Source: Thermoplasmata archaeon
Lineage (GTDB): Archaea > Thermoplasmatota > Thermoplasmata > Lutacidiplasmatales > UBA184
Direction: 5' to 3'
NCBI GenBank assembly: GCA_035502475.1
Contig: DATJUJ010000030.1
Span: 2,343-66,342 of the forward strand
Length of the DNA stretch: 64,000 bases
The notes beneath the pieces were generated by a model. The model ran no database searches, had not been told where the DNA came from, and saw nothing but the letters and a program-made list of their open reading frames with translations. Shown piece by piece: positions 1 to 9,389 of this stretch. Within the stretch, counting starts at the first letter, position 1, and every line of letters starts with the position of its first letter. The position numbers and the translations under genes are program-made.

Positions 1-1
1 G

Positions 2-391
2 TTCAACGGGAGCCGGTTCGACGTCCCGTTCCTGCGCGTCGCCTTCCCGCAGCTCGTCCCCCCGTCGGTCCACATCGATCTCCGGTTCCTGCTCTACCGG
101 ATCGGGCACGCGGGCGGCCTCAAACGCATCGAGGAGCGCCTCGGGGTCGGGGACCGGACCGGCGTCGAGGGCGTGAGCGGCCTCGACGCGGTGCGCCTCT
201 GGCAGGAGTACCGACGGGGCAGCCGCCCCGCGCTCGACCGGCTCGTGCGGTACAACCGCGCCGACACGGTCAACCTGGAGCCCCTCCTCGAGCTCGTGTA
301 CCGGGAGCTCGCCCGCCGCCTCCTTCCCGACCGCGCCCAAGTCCCGCCGCCGTTCGTAGCCGCGGCGGGGGCCTCCCTCGGCGGCGCGTAG
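2..391 (+). CDS. YprB-like RNase H-fold exonuclease (5' truncated by window edge)
   Basis: Frame 2 reads FNGSRFDVPFL...HIDL...GGLKRIEERLG...LVRYNRADTVNL, typical RNase_H_2/YprB motifs. Confidence 0.8.
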   Translation, partial: FNGSRFDVPFLRVAFPQLVPPSVHIDLRFLLYRIGHAGGLKRIEERLGVGDRTGVEGVSGLDAVRLWQEYRRGSRPALDRLVRYNRADTVNLEPLLELVYRELARRLLPDRAQVPPPFVAAAGASLGGA

Positions 392-402
392 GATCCGCAT
401 CG

Positions 403-1452
403 ATGGGCGCCGAGCCCGCCGTCGCGGTCGTCATCGGCGCGTACCGTCGGACGGCGTTCGTCGAGGAGGCCGTCCGGTCGGTGCTCGCCCAGCGCCTGCC
501 GCGCGAGCGCTTCGAGCTCGTGGTCGTGAAGGGATTCGAGCACCCCGCGGTCGACCGGTTCCTGGCCGAAGCGGGCGTGCCCGCGATCCTCGACCCCGAA
601 CCGCGCATCGGCCGGTGGCTCCTGCGCGGCGTCTCGGCGACCCGGGCGCCGCTCGTCGCCTTCCTCGACGACGACGATGCGTTCGAGCCCGACCGGCTCG
701 AGCGGGTGCTCTCGGTCTTCGACCAGCACCCGCACGTCGGCTTCTACCGCAACCGGGTCCGTGTCGTCGACCGCGCGGGCGCTCCCGTGCCGCCCGAGCG
801 CTGGCGGACGATCGAGCTCGATGCGGCCCTCGATGCGAGCGGCCCGACCGTCCTGCGGGGGGCGACGCCGGAGGCGATCGTGGAGTTCGCCCTCCGCCGG
901 ACGCGCGCCTCCTTCAACTCGAGCACGATGGTCGTGCGCCGACGCCTGCTCGAGGGGGAGGGCGCGGAGCTCTTCGGCGGGCTCCAGCTTCCCGACCTCA
1001 CGCTCCTCGTGCTCGCCGCGGTCGCGGGCGACGACCTGTTCCTCGACGACCGACGCCTCACGCGCTACCGGGTCTCGGGCGAGAACGTGACGGGCGAGAT
1101 CCCGTGGCTCGCCCAGGCTGCGGAGGCGCACGCGCGCCTCGGCGAGTTCGCGCAGGAGCGCGGGCGGCCGGCCCTCGCGCACTGGCTCTACGGCATGGCG
1201 GAGCACTACGACCGGATGTACCGGGGCGGCCGGGTGGTCGGCTCCGTCGCGGACGGATCGTCCCGCCGAACCGTCGCGCACCGGACGGCGGAGTACCTCC
1301 GCTTCCTGGGGACCCACCCCGCGGAACGGGCCCCCTCGCTCGACGTCTGGGCGTCCGCGCTCTACGGACTCGGCGCGGTCCTCTCCCCCGGGGCGACCCG
1401 GCGCGTGCTCGCGGCGCGGCCGACCGCGCGCGGCCATCGACCGCTCGCCTAG
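403..1452 (+). CDS. Glycosyltransferase family 2 (GT-A)
   Basis: VAVVIGAYRR..FVEEAVRSVLAQ N-terminus; AFLDDDD DxD motif. Confidence 0.85.
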   Translation: MGAEPAVAVVIGAYRRTAFVEEAVRSVLAQRLPRERFELVVVKGFEHPAVDRFLAEAGVPAILDPEPRIGRWLLRGVSATRAPLVAFLDDDDAFEPDRLERVLSVFDQHPHVGFYRNRVRVVDRAGAPVPPERWRTIELDAALDASGPTVLRGATPEAIVEFALRRTRASFNSSTMVVRRRLLEGEGAELFGGLQLPDLTLLVLAAVAGDDLFLDDRRLTRYRVSGENVTGEIPWLAQAAEAHARLGEFAQERGRPALAHWLYGMAEHYDRMYRGGRVVGSVADGSSRRTVAHRTAEYLRFLGTHPAERAPSLDVWASALYGLGAVLSPGATRRVLAARPTARGHRPLA

Positions 1453-2339
1453 CGCGCCCCTCGGACGGTCGCCCCCGGCAGAGCGAACGACCGCGGGGGC
1501 GGCGGGATCGGGACCTCGGCCGGCGGGCGCGCGTCGCGGACGCGCGCCGCGGCCTGGCGGCAGTACTCCCGAGACGAGTCGATGTGCAGGTAGTGCCGAC
1601 CGAGCCGCCGCGCGACCGCCGCCACGGTGCCCGTGCCCCCGAACATGTCGAGGACGACGTTGCGACGGTAGCTGTAGAACTTCACCAGCCGCTCGATGAG
1701 CTCCTCGGGGAACGGGGCCGGGTGCCCGTGGCGGCGGCGCTCCGGCGGAATGTGCCAGAAGCCGTCGGAGAACTTCTCGAACTCGGCGGCTGAGATGTCG
1801 ACGTCGGAGCGATCGCCGGGGAGCCTCCACTGCCCCTTCGAGAAGACGAGCACGTACTCCCAGGACGGCACGATGTGCGGGTTCGACGGGCTCCGCCAGC
1901 TGCCCCACGCCGTGCGGCGTCCCATCGTCTGCTTGTACCAGATGATCTCGGTCCGCATGATGTAACCGAGTGCGCGGAGATCGCGGGAGAGGTCGTGGTG
2001 GATCGGACGGAAGTCCTTGATCGACGTCGGCGCGACGTTGAGGACGAACCGCCCGCCCGGGACGAGCACGCGGTAGAGGGCGCGCCAGACCGTCTCGAGC
2101 CACGCGAGGTAGGCGTCGGGCGCGAGCGCGTCGGCGTAGCCCCGGTACGGGATGCCGAGGTTGTACGGCGGGCTCGTGACGGCGAGGTGCACGGAGTCGG
2201 CCGGGAGCCGCTCGAGGATCGCGCGCGCGTCGCCGAGGACGATCCGGTCGCGCCAGAGCGCGGCGCCCCGCCGCGCGGGGGGCTCCCCCGAGGCGACCGG
2301 GCGGCGGGGCCGGGCAGGTAAGCGCTCGCTCAACTCCAC
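1449..2339 (-). CDS. Site-specific DNA amino-methyltransferase (N4-C/N6-A, beta-class motif order), orphan
   Basis: Catalytic TSPPY precedes HPAPFP and SAM-binding VLDMFGGTGT. Confidence 0.9.
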   Translation of the reverse strand: MELSERLPARPRRPVASGEPPARRGAALWRDRIVLGDARAILERLPADSVHLAVTSPPYNLGIPYRGYADALAPDAYLAWLETVWRALYRVLVPGGRFVLNVAPTSIKDFRPIHHDLSRDLRALGYIMRTEIIWYKQTMGRRTAWGSWRSPSNPHIVPSWEYVLVFSKGQWRLPGDRSDVDISAAEFEKFSDGFWHIPPERRRHGHPAPFPEELIERLVKFYSYRRNVVLDMFGGTGTVAAVARRLGRHYLHIDSSREYCRQAAARVRDARPPAEVPIPPPPRSFALPGATVRGAR

Positions 2340-2374
2340 TCCACCTGGTCCGGAAGGGGGCGAGCCAGCAAGGG

Positions 2375-2380
2375 TATAAT
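2375..2380. promoter_or_regulatory. Putative TATA box between divergent methyltransferase and pnt genes
   Basis: TATAAT in a GC-rich spacer, ~28 nt before the pntA ATG. Confidence 0.55.
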
Positions 2381-2407
2381 CCCCTCGGGTTCGACCGAGC
2401 CGGTTCC

Positions 2408-3547
2408 ATGCCGGTCCGCGTCGCGGTCCCGAAGGAGGTGGCGGCCGGCGAGACCCGGGTCGCCTCGATCCCCGAGGTCGTCCAGCGCCTCACGAAGCGC
2501 GGGCTCGCGGTCGCCGTCGAGGCCGGGGCCGGCACGCTCTCCCGGTACCCCGACGAGGGGTACGCCGCGGCCGGCGCGACGATCGCGGCCGACGCGCGGG
2601 CGCTCTGGGACGGCGCGGCCGTCGTGCTGAAGGTGCAGCCGCCGACCGTGGCGGAGATCGGTCGGATGGCTCCCGGGACGATCCTGGTCGCCACGATGAA
2701 CGCGAGCCGGAACCTGGACCGGGTCGCGGCGCTGCGCGATGCCCAGGTCACGACGTTCGCCCTCGAGCTCCTCCCCCGCATCACCCGCGCCCAGGGGATG
2801 GACGTCCTCTCCTCCCAGGCGACCGTCGCCGGGTATCGGGCGACGCTCCTCGGGGCCGAGTACTGCCCCAAGTTCCTCCCGATGCTCACCACCGCCGCCG
2901 GGACGATCCGCCCCGCCAGCGTCCTGGTCCTGGGCGCCGGGGTCGCCGGGCTCATGGCGATCGCGACCGCGAAGCGGCTCGGGGCGCTCGTGACCGCGTA
3001 CGACGTCCGACGGGCCGCCGGGGAGCAGGTCCGCAGCCTCGGCGCGAAGTTCCTCGAGCTCTCGATCAACGCGGAGGGCAGCGGAGGCTACGCCCGCGAG
3101 CTCACCGACGCGGAGAAGCAGCAGGAGCAAGAGATGCTCGCGAAGGCGATCGGGGAGGCGGACATCGTGATCACGACCGCCAACATCCCCGGACGCCGCG
3201 CCCCCCTCCTGGTCCGTAAGGAGAACGTCGCCCGGATGCGGCCGGGGGCCGTCCTCGTCGACCTTGCGGCCGAGAGCGGCGGGAACTGCGAGCTCACGAA
3301 GCCGAACGAGACGGTCGAGACCGGCGGCGTGACGATCCTGGGCCCGACGAACCTCCCCGCGCAACTGCCGTTCCACGCGAGCGCGATGTACGCCCGCAAC
3401 GTCCAGGCGTTCCTCGAGCTCCTGCTCGACCAGGACGGGGCGCTCGTGACCCAGTTCTCGGACGAGATCCTGGCCGCGAGTCTCCTCACGACGAACGGGA
3501 CGGTCCCGCACAAGCCGACCGCCGACCTGCTCGCCGGAGGCAAGTAG
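2408..3547 (+). CDS. pntA: NAD(P) transhydrogenase alpha subunit part 1 (dI)
   Basis: VPKEVAAGETRV, RAQGMDVLSSQ, GAGVAG, GSGGYA, DLAAESGGNCE. Confidence 0.95.
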   Translation: MPVRVAVPKEVAAGETRVASIPEVVQRLTKRGLAVAVEAGAGTLSRYPDEGYAAAGATIAADARALWDGAAVVLKVQPPTVAEIGRMAPGTILVATMNASRNLDRVAALRDAQVTTFALELLPRITRAQGMDVLSSQATVAGYRATLLGAEYCPKFLPMLTTAAGTIRPASVLVLGAGVAGLMAIATAKRLGALVTAYDVRRAAGEQVRSLGAKFLELSINAEGSGGYARELTDAEKQQEQEMLAKAIGEADIVITTANIPGRRAPLLVRKENVARMRPGAVLVDLAAESGGNCELTKPNETVETGGVTILGPTNLPAQLPFHASAMYARNVQAFLELLLDQDGALVTQFSDEILAASLLTTNGTVPHKPTADLLAGGK

Positions 3548-3551
3548 GCGC

Positions 3552-3854
3552 ATGGCGGCGGACCTCTGGACGGCGCTGTTCATCGCGATCCTCGCCGCGT
3601 TCACCGGCTACGAGGTGATCGGCCGCGTGCCGGTCCTCCTCCACACGCCGCTCATGAGCGGCTCCAACTTCATCCACGGGATCGTCCTCGTCGGCGCGAT
3701 CGTCGCCCTCGGGATCGCGACGACCCCGCTCGAGCAGGCGATCGGCCTCGTCGCGGTCATCATGGGCGCGATGAACGTCACGGGCGGCTACGTCGTCACC
3801 GAGCGGATCCTCGCGATGTTCGACCGCTCGAAGAAGAAGGGAGGCCCCTCGTGA
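3552..3854 (+). CDS. pntA: NAD(P) transhydrogenase alpha subunit part 2 (membrane)
   Basis: VPVLLHTPLMSGSNFIHG and NVTGGYVVTERILAMF. Confidence 0.95.
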   Translation: MAADLWTALFIAILAAFTGYEVIGRVPVLLHTPLMSGSNFIHGIVLVGAIVALGIATTPLEQAIGLVAVIMGAMNVTGGYVVTERILAMFDRSKKKGGPS

Positions 3855-5242
3855 TCCCGTACGCGAGCGACCTCGTCGACGGGGTCTACGTCGTCGCGAT
3901 CCTCGTCTTCATCCTGGGCCTGAAGGCGATGAGCTCGCCCGAGACGGCGCGTCGCGGGATCCTCTACGCGGGGGTCGCGATGCTGCTCGCGATCGCCGTC
4001 ACGTTCCTCTCGCCCGGGCTCTCGAACTTCCTCCTCATCGCGGTCGGCGTCTTCGTCGGCGGCGGTATCGGGTTCTACTGGGCGCGGGTCGTGAAGATGA
4101 CCGCGATGCCCCAGATGGTCGCGGTGTTCAATGGGATGGGGGGCGGGGCCGCGGCGGCGATCGCCGCGGTGGAGCTGCTGGGATCGATCTCGGACCACAC
4201 CGTGGCCGCGCTCAGCCTCGCGGGCTCCGTCATCGGCGCGATCTCGATCGCGGGGAGCGTGATCGCGTTCCTCAAGCTCCAGGGCTGGATGCCGCAGAAG
4301 GCGATCGCTTACCCCGGCCGCCAGCCGATCAGCCTCACGGTGCTCGCGGTCGGCGTCGCGTTCGGCGTCTACGCGGTCGTCGTGGGCGCGACCGTCTGGC
4401 TGCTGCCGTTCTTCGTCCTCCTGCTGCTCTACGGCATCCTCCTCACGATCCCGATCGGCGGCGCGGACATGCCGGTCGTCATCAGTCTCTTCAACGCCCT
4501 CACGGGGATCGCGGTCGCGCTCGACGGCTTCGCCCTCGTGAACGGCCCGCTCGGCGACGCCGGCTACGCGATGGTGATCGCCGGGACGCTCGTCGGGGCC
4601 GCGGGTTCGCTGCTCACGATCCTCATGTCGCGCGCGATGAACCGCTCGATCCCGAGCGTCCTGTTCGGGGCGTTCGGCGCGACGGAGGAGGCCGACACCG
4701 TCCAGGGGACGATGAAGCCGATCGACGTCCCCGACGCCGCCGTGCTGATGGAGTACGCGGGGCAGGTGATCATCGCCCCGGGCTACGGCATGGCGGTCGC
4801 CCAGGCCCAGGGGAAGGTGAAGGAGCTCGCGGACCTCCTCGAGGCGAAGGGGGTCACCGTGAAGTTCGCGATCCACCCGGTCGCGGGCCGCATGCCCGGG
4901 CATATGAACGTGCTGCTCGCGGAGGCGGGGATCAGTTACGACAAGCTGTTCGACCGGGACGAGATCAACCCGGAGTTCCCGACCACGGACGTCGTCCTCG
5001 TGATCGGGGCCAACGACGTCGTCAACCCGGCCGCCCACCGGCAGGGGAGCCCGCTCTACGGGATGCCGATCCTCGACGTCGAGAAGGCCAAGAACGTCAT
5101 CGTGGTGAAGCGCGGGCAGGGCAAGGGTTTCGCGGGCATCGAGAACGACCTGTTCTACCGCGACAACTGCCGCATGCTCTACGGGGACGCCCAGCAGGTC
5201 GTCGGCCGGCTGGTCTCCGAGATCAAGAAGAGCTCGGCGTGA
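3851..5242 (+). CDS. pntB: NAD(P) transhydrogenase beta subunit
   Basis: MTAMPQMVA, IGGADMPVVISL, PGYGMAVAQAQ, HPVAGRMPGHMNVLLAEA, GANDVVNP. Confidence 0.96.
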   Translation: MIPYASDLVDGVYVVAILVFILGLKAMSSPETARRGILYAGVAMLLAIAVTFLSPGLSNFLLIAVGVFVGGGIGFYWARVVKMTAMPQMVAVFNGMGGGAAAAIAAVELLGSISDHTVAALSLAGSVIGAISIAGSVIAFLKLQGWMPQKAIAYPGRQPISLTVLAVGVAFGVYAVVVGATVWLLPFFVLLLLYGILLTIPIGGADMPVVISLFNALTGIAVALDGFALVNGPLGDAGYAMVIAGTLVGAAGSLLTILMSRAMNRSIPSVLFGAFGATEEADTVQGTMKPIDVPDAAVLMEYAGQVIIAPGYGMAVAQAQGKVKELADLLEAKGVTVKFAIHPVAGRMPGHMNVLLAEAGISYDKLFDRDEINPEFPTTDVVLVIGANDVVNPAAHRQGSPLYGMPILDVEKAKNVIVVKRGQGKGFAGIENDLFYRDNCRMLYGDAQQVVGRLVSEIKKSSA

Positions 5243-6491
5243 GCTCCGCCGCCGGCGCGGCGAGCTCCCCGCGCCAGAGGTCCACGAACAGCCCCAGGAG
5301 GAGGGCGGTGAGGAGGACCCCGAGGAGCTCGTACGGCCACCAGAGGCCGAGGTCCTTCGCCCAGTACGGCCAGGCGAGGTCGTAGTTCAGCGTCCCGACG
5401 ATCCCGATCGCCCAGAGCCACCAGCGCGGCCGCACGCCGAGGAGGGCGACCGGCAGCAGCGAGACCAGGATGTTGAAGGAGAGGAACTGCGTCACGAGGG
5501 CGACGCCGGTGATCGCGATCGCGGCGCCCCCGAGCACCGTCCGGCCCTTCCACCAGACCGCGGCGACGACCGCGACGGTGAGCCCCGCCTGCACTGCGGC
5601 GACCCCGTCGCCGCCGGGCAGCCAGTTCTGCTGGGTCAGGAGGCCGTAGAGGTTGAGCGAGAACGACCGGCGGGTCACCTGCGAGAAGAACACGGGATCG
5701 AGGAATCCGTTCCCCCACGCCGCGTAGGACGCCAGCGTGATCGCACCGAAGACGACGACGACAAGCGCCCCCGAGAGCCACCGACGGCGGAAGCCGGCGG
5801 CGGCCCCGAGGAGGGGAAAGACCGCCGGGAACCGGGCCGTCGCCAGGAACCCGCCCACGGCGCCGGCGATCGGCTCCGACCGGCGCGCGAGCGCGATCGC
5901 GAGCAGGACGGCCGCGGGGACGAGCGCGTTGGTGGCCCCATCGATCTGCGCCGAGATGAGCGGGAGGTACAGGACCGACGTGAGGACCACCAGCGTCACG
6001 TAGCGCCGGTCCGGCCCGGCGACCGTCCAGGTGAGCGGGACGATCGAGAGCGCGACGAGCCCCCAGACGAACGCGATGCCGACGGTGCCGCCGAGGCTCC
6101 CGATCGCGTCGAGCACCACCGCCGCGATGCCGTACGGCACCTGGATCGAACTGCCGCAGCTCGAGACCGTGAACGGATCCCCGCCCGCCCACGCCGCGCG
6201 GCCGCTCGCGACCAGGGCCGCGATGTCGCTCGGCCCGTTGCCGGAGCAGGCGAACAGCCCGAACGCGACGTCAAAGGCGATCACCGCCGCGTAGACGGCT
6301 CCGGCGACGACGAGGGGGAGCTTCCAGTCGAGCCAGTCGAGCGAGCCGTGCGAGGAGGCGCGCCGCGCCCAGCGGTCGAGCCGGCGCGCGAGCCCCGCCC
6401 CGTTCGGGGTCCGGAGCAGCAGCAGGACGAGCCCGCCCGCGCCCAGGATCAGGACGAAGGCGAGGGTCACGATATCGAGCGACGTCACCAT
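5223..6491 (-). CDS. Polytopic membrane protein, possible GT-C (GT87-like) glycosyltransferase
   Basis: Many hydrophobic segments; external loop with SD and DPF..C...VPYG. Confidence 0.5.
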   Translation of the reverse strand: MVTSLDIVTLAFVLILGAGGLVLLLLRTPNGAGLARRLDRWARRASSHGSLDWLDWKLPLVVAGAVYAAVIAFDVAFGLFACSGNGPSDIAALVASGRAAWAGGDPFTVSSCGSSIQVPYGIAAVVLDAIGSLGGTVGIAFVWGLVALSIVPLTWTVAGPDRRYVTLVVLTSVLYLPLISAQIDGATNALVPAAVLLAIALARRSEPIAGAVGGFLATARFPAVFPLLGAAAGFRRRWLSGALVVVVFGAITLASYAAWGNGFLDPVFFSQVTRRSFSLNLYGLLTQQNWLPGGDGVAAVQAGLTVAVVAAVWWKGRTVLGGAAIAITGVALVTQFLSFNILVSLLPVALLGVRPRWWLWAIGIVGTLNYDLAWPYWAKDLGLWWPYELLGVLLTALLLGLFVDLWRGELAAPAAELTPSSS

Positions 6492-6626
6492 GGAGGGTAC
6501 CGCCCGGCGCCCGGTCGCGGCTCGGAGCCGGGCCCGCTATTTAGGCGGTGGCTCGCGCGCCGGCCGTGCCCGGAGGGCGGGGGGCGTTGGATTAAGCGCG
6601 CGGAGCGCTCCCGCGGAGGGCAGGCG

Positions 6627-7109
6627 ATGGCGAGCTGGGACGACTTCTTCACCGCCCAGCTCGGGGCGTCGGCGGCCCTCGCCGGTCTCCTGTTCGTCGG
6701 GCTCTCGCTCAACCTCGCGAAGATCCTCAGCTTCCCGGCCCTGCCGTACCGAGCCGCGAAGGCCCTCACCCTCCTCGTGCTGATCCTCGTCGTCGCCACC
6801 ATCTTCCTGGTTCCGAATCAGGCCGGACCGGCCCTCGGCGTCGAGCTGCTGGTCGCGGTGGTCGGCGGGGGCGCCCTCGTCCTGGGCCTCGGCGTCCAGG
6901 TCGCCCGGCGCACCCCCGAGCCGTACCGCCTGGGCGCGCGGGTGGAGCTCGCCGAAGCCGGGACCGTGGTGGCGCTCTACGTCGTCGCGGGGGTCCTCAC
7001 GCTCGCGAGCTCTCCCTACGCGGTCTACCCCGTGGTGCCCGCGATCGTGATCTCGTTCCTCCTCGCGATCCTGGACGCGTGGGTGCTCCTGGTCGAGATC
7101 AACCGATAG
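6627..7109 (+). CDS. Small polytopic membrane protein
   Basis: ATG after GGAGG; WDDFFTAQLGASAALAGLLFVGLSLN...AWVLLVEINR; about 5 TM segments. Confidence 0.7.
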   Translation: MASWDDFFTAQLGASAALAGLLFVGLSLNLAKILSFPALPYRAAKALTLLVLILVVATIFLVPNQAGPALGVELLVAVVGGGALVLGLGVQVARRTPEPYRLGARVELAEAGTVVALYVVAGVLTLASSPYAVYPVVPAIVISFLLAILDAWVLLVEINR

Positions 7110-7162
7110 CCCCCTGCGTCGGACCCGCGCACCTCTTGAGCCCGGTCCCTGTCCCCGGGGCC

Positions 7163-7627
7163 ATGGTCCGTCTCGTCCCGATGGAATCGTCGGACTTCGG
7201 CCCGTTCCTCGAGGCGCTCGTGCACGGCTACGCGGAGGACCACGTCCGCGACGGGCAGTGGAGTCCCGAGGAATCGCTCGCGCGATCGCGCGCCGAGACC
7301 GGCCAGCTGCTGCCCCAGGGCCTCCAGACCCCGGGCCACCTGTTCTTCTCGATCGTCGCCGGGGCGCCCGAGGAGAAGGTCGGCGTGCTCTGGCTGGCGA
7401 TCCAGCCCCGCGGTGGGTTCGTCTACGACCTCGAGATCTTCGAGCCGTTCCGGCGACGCGGCTACGCCGAGGAGGCGATGCGGCGGGCCGAGCGCGAGCT
7501 CCTCGACCGGAACGTGCACCGGATCGCCCTGCACGTCTTCGGGCCCAACCAGGGCGCGCGCCGGCTCTACGCGAAGCTCGGCTACGAGGAGACGAACGTG
7601 CTGATGGCGAAGCGCCTCGACGGGTGA
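7163..7627 (+). CDS. GNAT family N-acetyltransferase
   Basis: FRRRGYA acetyl-CoA motif; LHVFGPNQGARRLYAKLGY. Confidence 0.9.
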   Translation: MVRLVPMESSDFGPFLEALVHGYAEDHVRDGQWSPEESLARSRAETGQLLPQGLQTPGHLFFSIVAGAPEEKVGVLWLAIQPRGGFVYDLEIFEPFRRRGYAEEAMRRAERELLDRNVHRIALHVFGPNQGARRLYAKLGYEETNVLMAKRLDG

Positions 7628-7649
7628 GCCCGTCGCGCAGCGCGGCCGA

Positions 7650-7722
7650 TGGGCGCGGCCAGATTCGAACTGGCGACCTTCACCGTGTCAGGGTGACGTC
7701 ATAACCACTAGACTACGCGCCC
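7650..7722 (-). tRNA. tRNA-Val(GAC)
   Basis: Minus strand GGGCGCGTAGTCTAGTGGTTATGACGTCACCCT-GAC-ACGGTGAAGGTCGCCAGTTCGAATCTGGCCGCGCCCA forms a cloverleaf; CCA not encoded. Confidence 0.95.
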
Positions 7723-7768
7723 AGTCGGGCGGCCACCGACGGGCGCCTCTTATGGCTGTCGGCGGCGG

Positions 7769-9310
7769 CTAGCCGTACCCGCCGGGGTACTGGTTCGTGT
7801 CCGGCGGGGCGTTCCAGTTGTAGTAGCCCGACGACTGGCGCTGCGCCTCGGTCGACTCCTGGCGGAGACCGCCCTGGAACGAGCCGTACACCTCGCGGAT
7901 CTGCTCCTCGATCGACCGGGCCCGCAGGAGCGCCTGGCGCATGTGGACCGCGTCGAGCGTCGGGCTCCCCGAGACCGCCGCGAGGTCGCCCGCGGTCCGG
8001 ATGAGCCCGCCGAGCTCGCGGAGCCGCAGCGTGAGCGCGTTGCGGCGCCCGTCGAGCGCCTCCGCCCGGCGGCGGGATTCCTTGATGAGCTCGACGACCG
8101 CCTCGCGGGTCGCCGGTCGGATACGGCCGTCGCTCGCGATCTCCTGGGCGCAGAACTGCGCGAGGCGGATCCGGTTCGGCTCGCTGTCCGGCATCGACGT
8201 CTCGAGGAGCACCTCGTAGCCGCCGCCCGCGATCCGCGAGCGGAGCGGCGAGAGGATGCGGTGGATGTCCTGGATGTTGGCGGCCGCGACGAGGATGAAG
8301 TCGCACGGCACGCCGTCCACGCGCACGGCCGCGCCGCCCGACTGCGGGTTGCGGCCGGTGATCGGGAACCGCTTCTCCTGCATCGCGGTGAGGATGTGGC
8401 GTTGCAGGAAGCCGAGGTGGGGCAGTTCGTCGATGAACAGCACGCCCTCGTGCGACTCGTGGATCGTGCCGGCGATCACGCGCTCGTACGGCAGCGTCCC
8501 CAGTTGCGGGTGGCCCCCGTACGGGTCGTGGCGCACGTCCCCCAAGAGCTCGGTCTCGCTCGCGCCCGTCGCCATCACGAACGTGTTCCGGTCGAGCTTC
8601 ACGAGCACCTTGCGCGGGCTCTCGTGCTGGAGCGTGCGGCGCCGCTCGAGCGCCCGCTGGTCGAGCACCTTGATCCGGTCGCCGGAGCGCTCGTACGCCA
8701 CGACCTCCTCGACGCCGTTCCGCAGGCGGGTCGTGCGGACCGACTCCTGGGGATTGCCGCCCGGGCTCACGGTGAGCTCGAGGATCCCGCCCACCAGGTC
8801 GCGGAACGGATTCCCGCTGCCCGCGACCCCGGGCACGACCTGCTTCACGTTCCCGCAGCTCGGGCAGAACCGCTCGGTGGGCAGGGAATAGAAGCTGCAG
8901 CGCGGGCAGCGGTAGCCCAGCCGTTCGGCGACCGACGCGGGCGCCTCGGACGGCAGGATCATCTCGCCCTCGACGGAGCGCGCGGCCTCGCGCTCCCGGT
9001 AGACCTCCTCGCGCGGCACGACCTCGATGCTGGGCCGCTCCGGGTTCTCGGGGTTGTGGACGACCCGCAGCTCGGTCCGGGGCCGGTCGAGGTGCAGCGC
9101 GAGCGCCTGCGCGGTCATCGACTTCCCGATGCCCGGCGGGCCGACCAGGAGCAGATGACGCCGCTGGTACGCCGCGATGCGGGCGATCTCGACGGCCTTC
9201 TCCTGGCCGATCACGCGGTCCAGCGGATCGGTCGGGATCGGCACGTCGTCCGTCGTCTCGATCTCGTCGACCGAGGCGGGCAGGCGGCGGGCGGCTTCGC
9301 TCGCGGTCAC
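7769..9310 (-). CDS. LonB-related AAA+ ATPase lacking the protease domain, with Zn-ribbon insert
   Basis: DRVIGQE, Walker A GPPGIGKS, LLGDVRHDPY, Walker B LFIDE, PLRSRI, LRLRELGGLIR; ends soon after the lid domain. Confidence 0.85.
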   Translation of the reverse strand: MTASEAARRLPASVDEIETTDDVPIPTDPLDRVIGQEKAVEIARIAAYQRRHLLLVGPPGIGKSMTAQALALHLDRPRTELRVVHNPENPERPSIEVVPREEVYREREAARSVEGEMILPSEAPASVAERLGYRCPRCSFYSLPTERFCPSCGNVKQVVPGVAGSGNPFRDLVGGILELTVSPGGNPQESVRTTRLRNGVEEVVAYERSGDRIKVLDQRALERRRTLQHESPRKVLVKLDRNTFVMATGASETELLGDVRHDPYGGHPQLGTLPYERVIAGTIHESHEGVLFIDELPHLGFLQRHILTAMQEKRFPITGRNPQSGGAAVRVDGVPCDFILVAAANIQDIHRILSPLRSRIAGGGYEVLLETSMPDSEPNRIRLAQFCAQEIASDGRIRPATREAVVELIKESRRRAEALDGRRNALTLRLRELGGLIRTAGDLAAVSGSPTLDAVHMRQALLRARSIEEQIREVYGSFQGGLRQESTEAQRQSSGYYNWNAPPDTNQYPGGYG

Positions 9311-9389
9311 GGCTCGCTACCGAAAAGGGTCGGTCTCGGTAAAAGGTTGGCCGCGGGCGGAGGGGACCCCGCCCGCGGCTCGAGAGCGC

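Noticed and set aside
94..3069. 991-aa minus-strand ORF and many similar long Arg/Pro/Gly-rich ORFs (e.g. 17328-19901, 21833-24616, 26226-29042)
   Set aside because: Shadow frames of real genes in high-GC DNA; no motifs and biased composition
7650..7722. tRNA genes (also 36306-36380) as integration sites
   Set aside because: No integrase, no duplicated tRNA 3' end seen, and flanks are core genes
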